This document shows positions 1 to 11,599 of a stretch of 64,000 bases of DNA, piece after piece. The stretch spans positions 7,814,001 to 7,878,000 of the forward strand of contig CM075992.1 of the NCBI GenBank assembly GCA_038087875.1, in the 5' to 3' direction. Below the pieces are notes generated by a model. It was not told where the DNA came from, did no database searches, and saw only the letters and a program-made list of their open reading frames with translations. The position numbers were made by a program, and so were the translations under genes. The first letter of the stretch is position 1, and each line of letters begins with the position of its first letter. Origin of the DNA: Malacoraja senta (lineage: Eukaryota).

Positions 1-1459
1 GAACAGCAATGGCTTTGTTTTGCTCTTCAAACATCTTCTGCCTTCTTTCAGAGCTTCATGCACATTATTGTGCATACAGAATGTGGTTGTGGTCTCCATT
101 ACAATTCTGCCTGCCTTTTCACGTGCAATTCTTCACACTGTCAATCTACGCTCTCTGCCAAATACCTGAATTAGCATTTTAATTGATGTTGCTCTCCAGT
201 GAATCTCCCAAAATGCGAATCTGAAACTGAATATGAAACTTATAATCGATGCCTTTATCAATCCGCTGCAGCAGTCTTCAAAGAGGAAGCATTTAAATGG
301 AAATAAGGTAAAATATGCGTAATGTTTATTCCAATCCACAGCAAAAATGTATGATGGATCAGGTTTTCAAATTCTATCCATAGATCAGAAATAGTCCATC
401 TACACCACCCTGATAAATTACACTAGCACCTCAATTGTTTCTATACATGCAATATCAACCATATACAAGGCTTTACTGTAAAACTATAAGAAATAAAATT
501 AACTCCATTTTGAACACTTACTAATGACTCTTAATGAATACGCAATATTAATATCAGTAAGATTCATTGACCCAGTTAACTAAATATTTCTAAAATTATA
601 TTCTAATTTAAGCAGTAGCTCACTGGTCACTGAAAAACATCAAATGTGTCATTTTTGTGAAATATTCTATTTATTCTTTAATAATGAGAAGCTACAGACA
701 GAAAGGCACATGGCACCAGAAAACATTCAATGCATATAAAGGATGAAGACAAAGTACATGCTATTGTTTTTTTCGTGCAATGAGCAAGTTTAATCAAGTT
801 GCAGAACTACAATAATTGACCAGGTATTGTCATATAAATCTTGCAAAATCCCATTCTAAAAAACATTTTTGCCATGAAGCAATATTTCAGATTTCTGAGA
901 AGATGCGAGATGTTCAAATGTGAGTGTGATACCGAGTGACAATGACTCAGTTTGTGACTTGATAGCGATTTGGGTTGGGGGAGGGGGAGAAACTATCACA
1001 GGAATATTTTTCACATACCTTAACAAATTGGTGATTTATATTAATATTAATTTATATTTAAGCTGAATATATTTTAAAATATTTTGCATTTTCAATGAAT
1101 TATGACCATAGATGCACACTTTAAAAACAATTTTATTTATGCACACTATTGGTATATTGGGATGGATCTTGCTTGCTGATTGGCAGATACATGCTTAGCC
1201 ATTTAAGTCAGCCTCAGATATCCACGTTTGTTGGGTTAAACACTAAAGTCAGAGACTTACAGATGCCATCTGTCACCACTCTTTGTTACTGGAGTTCACC
1301 AGAGCCTTCTCTTGTTGAGATTTCCCCAGCACTTGCCACTGTGATCCCACAAATAGCAAGGCTTTGAAAGCGGTATCCTGCTGAAATCCCCAAACTCCAC
1401 AGTTAAGAGCTGCCGTCACAAATCTGCAGTCCCATTGACTGTATCTGGGAAAATATGAC

Positions 1460-1720
1460 ATAAGCAAGTTCAAGAAACCCAATGAGCAAGTTCAAGAAAC
1501 CCAATGTGGTATGTACCACATACCATATTAGAATCCCTGCTGACTGCCACAATCATCATCATCATCAGGATATTGCTCAACCATCTTCTTCCAGTAGCCA
1601 AGCAGCTGGTTCTTGAATCCCAGTGCACACTCAGTCCAGAACTGCGCAAAAACGCAAAGAATGTGAATGTACCAGCCATTATACATGGCCTCACCAAAAC
1701 TTATGACTCCAGCAATTGAG
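1460..1720 (+). mobile_element. Decayed RTE-clade LINE reverse transcriptase fragment
   Basis: Translation contains RILLNHLLPVAKQLVLESQC...LTKTYDS, resembling the RTE RT motifs ARILLNRL...ESQCGF...DLTKAFDS. Frameshifted; includes a 22-bp tandem duplication at 1463-1506. Confidence 0.55.
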
Positions 1721-1812
1721 AAGATCCCTCTTTAAATGCATCTAGTCAGGAAGACCTTTAACACCGTGAAGATAGATTGATTAGCAAACGGATATTATAT
1801 TTTGTTCAAAGG

Positions 1813-2017
1813 CCACAAGACGGCTGTGGAGGCCAAGTCAGTGGATATATTTAAGGCAGAGATCGATAGATTCTTGATTAGTATAGGTGTCAGAGGTTAT
1901 GGGGAGAAGGCAGGAGAATGGGGTTAGGAGGGAGAGATAGATCAGTCACGATTGAATGGCAGAGTAGATTTGATGGGCCGAATGGCCTAATTCTGCTCCC
2001 ATCACATGATCTTATGA
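1813..2017 (+). mobile_element. CR1 (HER1-like) LINE 3' end
   Basis: GCTGTGGAGGCCAAGTCA...GGGGAGAAGGCAGGAGAATGG...GGGCCGAATGGCCTAATTCTGCTCC plus short repeat tail; same end recurs at 31977, 44140, 45470 and 49780. Confidence 0.85.
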
Positions 2018-2187
2018 TTTTTTTTTAAATCAAACTATATAGCTGCTGATAAAAATGTATTCCAATCACACCTAATTTCCTCTATCCTATACAGTAGATC
2101 AAAAGACTAACATTTTAGTTTGACTTGCATACATTGCACCTGTTGTATTTTTGTGCCATTTTTCTCTTCTGATAGATTGTGTCTGTT

Positions 2188-2939
2188 CCACCAGGGGCGC
2201 CTGGGCGACGGCTGCCCTGCCAGCAGTCTGTTCGTTTTTCCATTCTTTTTGTTATTTTTTAGTGTGTTAAAAGTTTGTTTGAATGTTCTTCGGTTTGTTT
2301 TATGTAGGGGAGGGGGTGGGGATCAGGGGAAACTTTTTTTTCAAGTTCCTACCTTGCCGGAGATGTGATTATTTTTCGGATCACATTCTCCGGAGAGCTC
2401 TGCGGCCTTCCATCGATGGAGCTGGAAACCTCCTCCGACTGTCGTGAGCCCCACCGCGGGGCACGGACTTAACATCGGTGCTGATCCCTTGCCTGGGATC
2501 GCTCCCACCGCGGACTTTACCATCAAGAGCTCGCAGTCGGGAGAGGCTAGTCGGGAGCTCCAACGTCGCAGAAGTTTCGACCAGCCACGACGCGAGGTTT
2601 GATCGCCCGGCGCGGGGGAGCTGACATCCCCCCCGATGCGGGAGCTGATCGCCTCGACGCAGAGGGCCCGAACGCCGCCGGCTACGGGAGTCAAGACCGT
2701 CCCGTCAACGGTGGGCTCGATGCCCCTGACCAAGGAAGAACTAATGGAAAGGACTTGAACTTTATTTCGCCTTCCATCACAGTGAGGAATGTGTAGGAGT
2801 CACTGTGGTGGATGTTCATGTTAAAATGTGTTTTTGAGTGATCTGTTGCTTTTAATTGTATGACTGACCTGGCCAATGAAATTCCTCGAATGTTGCAAAA
2901 CATACTTGGCGAATAAAGTGTGATTCTGATTCTGATTCT
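2188..2939 (+). mobile_element. GC-rich non-autonomous retroposon, copy A, (ATTCTG)n tail
   Basis: Colinear with 20326-22048 and related to 4367-5240 and 57765-58550; AATAAA plus microsatellite tail; no conserved ORF. Confidence 0.75.
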
Positions 2940-3467
2940 CCATGATTTTCACTGGTCATGCTGTTGCTGTGCAACAAGTTGCTATTCTACTCAGATTAAT
3001 TCCTTTACAGATTTCAAGCTTGGAAAGATCACAGAAAAATGAAGTCAGCGTTTTACTGTTGATACAGACAGCAAGTCTCAAGGCAAATGCCTATTCTAAA
3101 CAGCCATTCTATTTCAACTACAAAAAATAATTACTAATCATTTTTACTGAAAAAGTCCATCTAAATAAATTGACATCTAATGAAACAAAAACTCAAGACC
3201 AAATTATATATTATATATTGTTACCGTTGTTGGTTGGGTCAAGGCTATAAAGCCCAGGGGCATCTGTTGCCATGAACAACAATGCTGAGATCAACCATTT
3301 GAATCACCTAAACTGAAGAATCTATTGAACATTACCTACATTAAAAAAGTGTTTTTTTTAAAACAAGGTAACACAAAATCTAATGTGGAAAAACACTGAA
3401 CTAATCAATCATGGCGTTAGGTATCTGAAAGTACTTTATAACCAAAACAATTTGAAGCCCAATCATT

Positions 3468-3780
3468 GTTGCAGTTTAGGAAACACAAAGCTGATTTGTG
3501 TACAGAGAGGACACACGAACAGCAAAACAATAATTGCCAGTGAAGCTCATTAAGTAGTAGACGTTGTGTAGGAAATCAGCCTGAACTACTCAAAATAGTG
3601 CCCCCGGATCTCTTTTTTTAAACGTAAAAGGACACAAAGGAGTTAAACTTAAAGATCCATCCGGAAGACTGCATCTCTGAAGGAATGACACTTTTTCAGA
3701 ACAGCACTGCCAGCCTGGGATTATCTGCAGACACGGCAGTGGCACTACAGTGAGCCAGTGCATCCACTGAGCCAGAACTG
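3468..3780 (-). mobile_element. DeuSINE (SacSINE1/AmnSINE1-like) remnant
   Basis: Plus strand reads GTTGCAGTTTAGGAAACAC...AAATAGTGCC..GGATCT...CATCCGGAAGACTGCATCTCTGA, matching the reverse complement of the Deu domain as I recall it; degenerate. Confidence 0.55.
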
Positions 3781-4366
3781 GACTTTTGTTAAGCTTTTAA
3801 GAATGACTGCACTAACATTAGAAATTCACCATTATTTCAAAACTGTCTTCCCCTTAATAAAGATATGTAGCTTAAACATTAAAACTAAAAGCATGCATTG
3901 TTCTGAAACATGCCGCAATAACTCACTCCACAGGCTGTTATTCATTCTCTGTAATTTTATGACTCTTGAATCAAAAGACTTAAAAAAGGGTAATGGCTTG
4001 TGGTTTACCAACTTCAGATTACATACTAAATCTTAATGTTTTTACTTTGAAGGTGTTCTCATATGAAGGCTGGTTGCATTGATTTGGACACACACACTTT
4101 CTCTGCCAATGACCTTTCTACATAACACTGGATTTTCTTCCCTATCCTAACTTTATACAGCAAAGGTCTTTTGGAGCTGTAAAGCTTCTTCATTGCCGAC
4201 TAAATTATCAATCTGTTCCTCTCTACTATTTGTCAGCTGAAGCTCAACTTACTTGCCAAACTTCCTTCTACTTTCCTCTTTCCTTGAAAATACTTGGATC
4301 ATTCTTCCTTGCCCAAACTCTTCATCATCAATGTTGTCTCCTTCATCATGCCTGTCGTCTCACCAC

Positions 4367-5240
4367 CAATACAATACAATATGGTTTTATTCGTCACATT
4401 GCACATAAAGTGCAAGTGAAATGAATTTGCCAGCAGCAGTACAATGATAAAGAACACACAATACACAATAAAAATTTAACACAAACATCCACCACAGCAT
4501 TCATCACTGTGGTGGAAGGCACACAATTTGGTCAGTCCTCCTCCATTTTCCCCGTTGTCGGGACCTCAACCCTCCGCAGCCGTCGCTGCGGGCGTCCAGA
4601 TGTTTAGACATGGTAAGTCCAGATAAGTCCTGAATGGGTGCCTCCCCACCGGAGACCGCGGCTTCAAGATGGTGTAGGCCGCAGGCCGGCGGTCGAAGAT
4701 TTAAATTTCCCGCCGCGCCGCAGCCAGAAACACCGCAGACTGCAGGGCCTGCGGTCGAAGCTCCCCTCCAGGGGTGATGGTAAGTCCACGCCGGGCCCGC
4801 GGTAGAAGTAGGCCGCGGGCCGGCAGTGGTGGCTTCTACTTCTCCCGGGTCCCCCACGTGGGATCCCAGGCTGCGGACCCCGCGCCGGCTGGAGCTCCGC
4901 AGACCGCGACTTCAGGCTGCCGCGGGCCAGCGAAACGGAGCGCTCCCCTCCGGCGAGCCCCAGCGAGGGCTCGACCGCTCCACGCCGAGAGTCCACACTG
5001 CGCCCGCCGCTGAAACCCCGGGCGCATCTCCGGGAAAGGCCGCCCAATCCTCGCTGTTAGGCCACGGGGGGAGGCAACCTGGAAAAAGTCGCCTCTCCGT
5101 GGAGGAGGTGACCGAAATGGTTCCCCCCTCACCCCCCCACACAAGACACACAAAGAAACATGAAAAACATACATAAAAACATACAAACATTTTTTTTTAA
5201 AGTTGAAAAAAACTGACAGGGCGCCGGCTTGCAGCGCCCC
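4367..5240 (-). mobile_element. GC-rich non-autonomous retroposon, copy B, (ATTGT)n tail
   Basis: Reverse complement has the same 5' architecture, internal hairpin and GAATAAA plus microsatellite end as copies A, C and D. Confidence 0.7.
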
Positions 5241-5289
5241 CACCGACCCCGCTGTGTTTCTGCCATACTGTATTCCTGCCACAGTGCAA

Positions 5290-5550
5290 TAAAGACAGGG
5301 CTGAAGATGTCCTGGTTGGGTTGCTACTAGGCCTGGCCAAGCCGGCCATTCGCGAGTCACAGCGCCAGGCGGAAGAGGGCTTTGCCCGAGCCAGATGCTT
5401 GCCCCATAACAGGGGTTGTTATAGTAGTTATTAGAATATTTGTAAAATAGTTGTTTGATGATTTTGTAACATGGTGGTGGGTATGTCACCAGGGTTTTGG
5501 TTTTTGTATCGTGTTGGAATTTAAATACATTTTTTTTAAGACAAAAAAAA
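5290..5550 (+). mobile_element. Tx1/L1-clade LINE 3' end remnant
   Basis: EDVLVGLLLGLAKPAIRES... resembles the Tx1 ORF2 C-terminus; followed by a T-rich UTR and A-tail. Confidence 0.5.
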
Positions 5551-6811
5551 GTGCAATAAAATGCAAACCACCATCACAGAGGACAAAATTCACCACTTGC
5601 TCTCCTGGCTCCATTCAGCAGTTGTTTTTTGCTCCAGACTGCAGTATTTGCAACCCCTTGTGTGTCCATCATAGAGGACATATTTTTCCAGCATATAGCG
5701 ACAATGAATCCTTACTGCAGTATGCAAAAAGTTTTCTGTTGACAATTTAAGCATATTACTGTAATACAGTTTAATCTGACATGCTAAGCTAGTTGCTGGG
5801 ACCAGATAAGCAGATTTCCCAAACTATTTGATGTTATTTTATTTATACTTCACACTTTTAATTTACTTTCCTTTTGGTATTATGGAGTAATAAATGTTTG
5901 AGTGAATTTAGTAAGTTCCAACGGATCAGGGCAAACAGATTTAGTTGAATTTAATGGGAATGTGAGAAGTTGGCCCGTATGAGTGAAATGGAAGGCGGGA
6001 ACCAACGGGCCAGTGAAGGAAAGGAACACAAGAATTGGGGCCGCAGTGAGAGAAAGGAGGATGGGAACCTGAGCCCCATGAGTGGAAAGAAGTGCAGGAG
6101 CTGAGCACATCACAAGGGAAAGGAGCATGGCAGCCATGGCTTGCAAGTGGAAGGGAGCACGTAAACTGCACCGAGTGAACCAGATGCTGAAACAATGGAA
6201 TTTCTGGATGGCAAATTATTGGAGTTTTTTGTATAATGTAATTCAGCATAATTGTCAAAGATGACTCATGACTTGAAAATACAAGGGACATCCTGTCTCC
6301 TTTTTCAGCCAGCCTTTCACAAGCAGAGTGGTGTGATGTAGTAGTATTGCTGATATGGAACGTGGCAACTGACAGGTAAGTGGGCACAAATCAATTTAAT
6401 GTATTGCTCATGGTTATCCACCATTTGCATAATAATTAATTCAAAGCTCAAGAGATTCATAAAACTGTAGTGTTATATAAAAGAGCCCATGATGTACCAT
6501 AGGTGGAGTTAACTATTGTGTCCCCGAAGTTTGAGTATTGACTGTAATCAGGGCAAACTCCACAACTATCACTGTAGCTTCCAAATATTCTTGGGCAAAG
6601 TGATGATGTTATTCCCAAATGCCATCCATCTTCCATGCCTGGACCTGAAGTGTTTTATTTCTTGGGCTCAAGTACACAAAACTTAAAAGTTTATATAATC
6701 TCTGATTTTGCCTCATAGCTAATAGAAAATGTACATAATATACTCTCAAATCTTGCATGTCAGAACACCTGTCTCTCAAACTACTTGTCAAGACAACTAA
6801 AATATTGAGCA

Positions 6812-6980
6812 GGAGAAACTCAGCGGGTGCAGCAGCATCTATGGAGCGAAGGAAATAGGCAACGTTTCGGCCCGAAACGTTGCCAATTTCCTTCGCTCCA
6901 TAGATGCTGCTGCACCCGTTGAGTTTCTCCAGCATTTTTGTCTACCTTCGATTTTCCAGCATCTGCAGTTCCTTCTTAAA
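6812..6980 (+). mobile_element. Penelope-like element end fragment, fold-back insertion
   Basis: Near-perfect palindrome 6812-6930 plus tail; 14-bp TSD TAAAATATTGAGCA at 6798-6811 and 6981-6994. Confidence 0.85.
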
Positions 6981-8998
6981 TAAAATATTGAGCATGTAGG
7001 CTCTGGAAGAATTTCAAATTCAAGCTGCAAGCTGAAATAATTACAGGTTTTACAAATACATTTAGTGACTATCAGAATTATGTAATCTTTATCTGTTATT
7101 TCAAGTAATAATCAAAGACAATAGCTAGAAATTACTTGGAGTCATTTGATTAATTCACATCTGCTTAAAAACACGCTTGCTCCAGATTACTCATGGTTGA
7201 TTTGAATTTCTCTCCTGGTGGTTTGGATTATTGTATGTGGGTAGCTGCACTCATAGACTGTTCAACAAAGATTTTTTGAAGTTATTTAAACCAATTAAGT
7301 CCAATGCTCTAGTTGCCAATCCATTGTAAAACATGGAGAGGCTTTTATGCATTTGATAAAATTGTGTTGTGCCTTTGGTAAAAGATATGCTTGATAAACT
7401 TGTTGTGCCACCATACCAACTGAGCTGTGATTTGCTGGTGGTCTGCCACAGAGATATAAAGACTGCTTAAAAGGTACTCTGAAACTCTGCCAAATAAATG
7501 TCCACAATGAAAACAACTCACTTAAGAAAGCACAGTGAAAAATCACCCAAGAAGGAACTTTTTATAACAGGGGCCTTTACATAGCTGGACTGAAAACAAA
7601 GGTGGTCCAAAATCCAGTGTTCCGTACTTTAATTGCTCACTTGCAGCAAAAATAAGGCTCATCAGTCAAAGAACTAACTGCGGGAAGTGTAATAACATTC
7701 TGACAGTCTTCTTCGATAACAAAGAACGTACAATATTATATTTTACAGTGCTTTACTCTACACACCACCTCAACAACACGGAGAGCAAAATTCACATTTA
7801 AAAGGTGATGTTAATTGACCACTCAGCATATGTGGCGGATGTAATGGTCTTGTAAAAATGAAACATTACATATAAGTATGGAAGCTAGTCGGTGGACATT
7901 CTATAACATCATTCTACAAAGGGACAGGTAAATGTATGGCGATAGATGAAGTTCACAATGAAACCCTTCAGCTTTTTAAAATATTATTAGTGTTTGTCAT
8001 CTTCAATTTACCTGAGAGTGAAGATATGGACATCATTCTTGCCCAGCACTGAATCATCTTTTCTTACCCATGTGAAGCAGATGGCAAGTCACCTTCTTAA
8101 ACTAGTCCAGTCTTTCTGATGAAAATACTCCCAGGATGTAATTATTCCCATGAAAATACTCCCAGGTTAGCTGGGAAGTTCCAAGAATTTTTTTAGATCC
8201 AGTTCAATACAGTAACAGTAATATATTTCCAAATGTACACAGGTGTATAAAACCAGGAAAGGAATAGATAGGGTGAACGCAGTATTTTTATATTACCTAT
8301 TGGAACCTAGTGGTCAACAAAATGGATCCGAGTCTCCAAATTGTAAAAATCTGTTTTATCTATCTTTGACAGCCAAATGTTCAATCCTATAGCTTTGAAG
8401 ATCCAATAAAATTAAGGTTATTTTCCTGGAACCTGAAAATAATAATTAAAATCAACATAAATTAAGTTTCGTAGTAAATCAACTGGAATATAAAGCTAGT
8501 ATCAAGAATGGTGAGCATGAAACTGCCACGTAGTCATTAAAATCTACTTGTTTCACTAAAGTACTTTAGGAAATCAAATCTTACCTAGATCTAGGGAAGT
8601 GTATCGGATACCAAGCATTACCAGAAATGCCTTACAAGTCTTTCTATTCAATAGGAATTGGGGATGGACAATAAACGCTGCCCCTTGTTGACTTCCAAAT
8701 ATTGTGAATAAATAAAATATCAAGCACCCTGTCATCTTGTTTTAGGCTGCAAATAAAAAATAATCTTATAAATTTAAATCTGCAATCTTAACTGAAAGAT
8801 AGCTCTTCAATGGTTTGATATATAAGCAGATATGGGTTTTCAGACCCTCTTTCTTTTGCATTCATCACCATCTTGCAATGACCAATAATTATCGTCTTTT
8901 CACATTGGAAGATGGTCAGAATGATGAAATTCCCTCCCCGCAAAGTGGTCCCTCACCCAGTTGCCGAGCCGGTGTGAAGTGGTTTCAGTGCATTTGGT

Positions 8999-10168
8999 TT
9001 GTTGTTTTTCTGCTGCTGTCTCTGGTTGTTGTCGTTCGCCGGACTGAGGTCAGTTGTTAGGGGTCACCACGGGTAGGTCGACAACATGACCGGATCATCA
9101 CCGGCTGCCTACGCCTTACTCCGACAGATCTTCTGCCGATGCTCGCAGGTATTGCACCCGCCAAGCTTCGCAGAGAGTACTTCACCCACAGGCTGGTGTG
9201 CAAGGCCCCATCGGATGCCAAACATCCTTTGCATCGCCTCGCCCAGGACTCACAGCAACTGGGACCTCAACGCCTGTCATCTCGTCGCCCTTCTCCCGTC
9301 ACACAGCGACCCTCTGGCTCAGGTTTCAACACACTAGGTTCATGGAGAACCAGCTGGGAACAGACTTCATGACCTCCGCAATTCACTGTTGCACCTAACA
9401 CCACAGCCCCACCCGGCTCGGAACTGCCCCCGCAAAGTGGGTCACCCTGAACTGCTCCATACAGGGGTCTGCCGCAGTGCTTCCACACCTCAAAAAAATA
9501 TTTCCCGAAATAGAATTCCAAATTACCTGGAATTTGATGATATTTCCCGGCCCAGTAAGCCTTCCCCAACTGCGCATGTGCGACTGCCGCCCCAACTGCG
9601 CACGCGGAGACCGGGCCCACTGCGCATGTGCGGGCAGTCGGCGTCCCTACCGTGTCACCGGCACATTTTCAACTGTGACGCAGCTGACGGGCCTCCCCCA
9701 ACTGCACCGGCGCGGATGGTCGTAAATATACAGGTACATTTTTTTTTTCCGCAAATCATCCCGCGGGCCTGATTGGACCCTTTGGCATCTCCCCGCGCTG
9801 GCCCGGTATCCGCACATGCGCAGTTGGGGAAGGCTTACCGGGCCAGGAAATTTCTCGAAATTATTTAATTTCCCTAAAATTACCCGAAGACAACCTGAAT
9901 TTCCCAAATTTCAGGTAATTTCCTTCAAAGAGGAAACACTGGTCGGCCGGTTCAACGCGAACATGCATCGCTGGGGGCTGCGTCCATAAGCAGCCTGCGT
10001 GTTTGGAGCAGACCAGCAAACAGCGCAGCTCGTCATTTTCGACTGCGCTGTCCTCCGCCCCCCTGGTGGAGGGATAGACCTCACGGCCTGCGACAACAGC
10101 ACATAGAACTGGCTACAGTGCCTGGAGGGCGTTACATAACCTCTGCTGCCTCAAACGCAAGAAGAAGA
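8999..10168 (+). mobile_element. Vingi/Ingi-like non-LTR retrotransposon, internally deleted, interrupted by a MITE
   Basis: Decayed ORF RIITGCLRLTPTDLLPMLAGIAPAKLRRE...TGV(G)RFNANMHRWGL...QQTAQLVIFDC; (GAA)n tail; 12-bp TSD AGTGCATTTGGT at 8987-8998 and 10169-10180. Confidence 0.7.
9475..9941. mobile_element. hAT-like MITE
   Basis: Termini CAGTGCTTCC/GGAAACACTG; 8-bp TSD GTCTGCCG/GTCGGCCG (7/8 match); subterminal inverted repeats. Confidence 0.8.
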
Positions 10169-10269
10169 AGTGCATTTGGTCTCCTAATAGTGGAAGGCCT
10201 TTTGTTGGGGAAAAGGGGTTGGGTGGCAACCAAGGATTCTCTAATAACACTGTGCTACAACATCAGTAA

Positions 10270-11036
10270 AAGGCAATAACTTGGCTCTCAACACCAGCAA
10301 AACCAAGGAACTGATTGTGGACTTTGGAAGGGGTAGGATAGGGACAAACAATCCTGTTTATATCAACGGGATGATGGTGGAAAGGGTCAAGAACTTCAAA
10401 TTCCTGGGCGTGCACATTTCCGAAGATCTTTCCTGGTCCCAGCACACTGATGCAATTATAAAGCAAGCACATCAGCTCCTCTACTTCCTGAGAAGATTAC
10501 GGAGAGTCGGTATGTCAAAGAGGACTCTCTTGAACTTCTAGAGGTGCACAGTAGAGAGCATGCTGACTGGTTGCATCATGGCTTGGTTCGGCAACTTGTG
10601 CGCCCAGGTGCGGAAAAGAATGCAGAAAGTTGTGACCACTGCCCAGTCCATCATCGGCTCTGGCCTCCCCACCATCGAAGGGATCTATCGCAGTCGCTGC
10701 CTCAAAAAGGCTCCCAACATCATCAAGGACCCACACCATCCTTGCCACGTACTCATCTCTCCGCTACCATCAGGTAGAAGGTACAACAGCCTGAAAACTG
10801 GTACATCCAGGTTCAGGGATAGCCACTTCCCCACAGCCATCAGGCTATTAAACTCGCCAACAAACAGACTCTGAACTGTAACAGCCTATTGCACTTTATC
10901 TGTTTATTTATGTGTATATTGAATTGAACTGAACTGTTCTGTATTTATGCTTACAATATTCTGCTGTGCTGCAGCAAGCAAGAATTTTATTGTCCCATCT
11001 GGGATACATGATAATAAACTCTCTTGACTTGACTTG
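10270..11036 (+). mobile_element. Rex1/Babar-type LINE, 5'-truncated (RT C-terminus plus 3' UTR)
   Basis: LNTSKTKELIVDF...FKFLGVHISEDLSW...LYFLRRLRR...ESMLTGCIMAWFGN...IIKDPHHP...LPSGRRY; in-frame stop; (CTTGA)n tail. Confidence 0.9.
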
Positions 11037-11599
11037 GATCACAAATGTGGGAGGAAAATGTCTAGCAGTACCAGTATAAGGCAACTAAGGGTGGGCAATA
11101 AATGCAATTGATCAAGTAGAAAATATTTTGCTGTCTACACAATGACTGCTGGCCTAGAAATGTCTCCACTGTGTTTTTTTTATATGTTAAAAACAGCAGG
11201 GTGGGTCTCCCTAATATTGTTCAAGGAAGCAACTGGGAGAGTGAGATCTTCTAATACAAAAGTCATGGAACAACATTGTTGGGTCTTGTTATGTAATAGC
11301 ATGTTGAAATTGACGTGTCTATTTTGGCATAACCTTCCCGACTACATTATTGCCAGCCCTTGAGGCAAATCATCACAGCACCCGTGTCCTTTGCAGTGAA
11401 CTCTTAAAACAACAGTTCCAGTTAGCAGATTGCGGGTAATGAATGGATCGAAGGATGATAAGGCCGGAGGGGGTAGGAGTGTGCTTCAAGCAGGGCAGAG
11501 GAATCCGCATAGTTTGACGATTGATATTGGCTGCAGAATGCATGCTCTGTGGAAGGGAGACTCCAGGGCCGTGGTAAAACACACCTGGCAGAAGAGCTT

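Noticed and set aside
200..307. Possible plus-strand exon (CTCCAG...AAG|GTAAAA)
   Set aside because: Weak polypyrimidine tract, and the only long frame ends in TAA before the donor.
2188..2203. CTCF-like CCACCAGGGGCGC (also near 10055-10070)
   Set aside because: G-run length deviates from the core motif, and the match is not kept in copy C.
4504..5489. Overlapping ORFs up to 217 aa (likewise 2341-2796, 20423-20900, 57692-58242)
   Set aside because: They lie in GC-rich repeat copies where stops are rare; frames are not shared between copies and no domain is recognisable.
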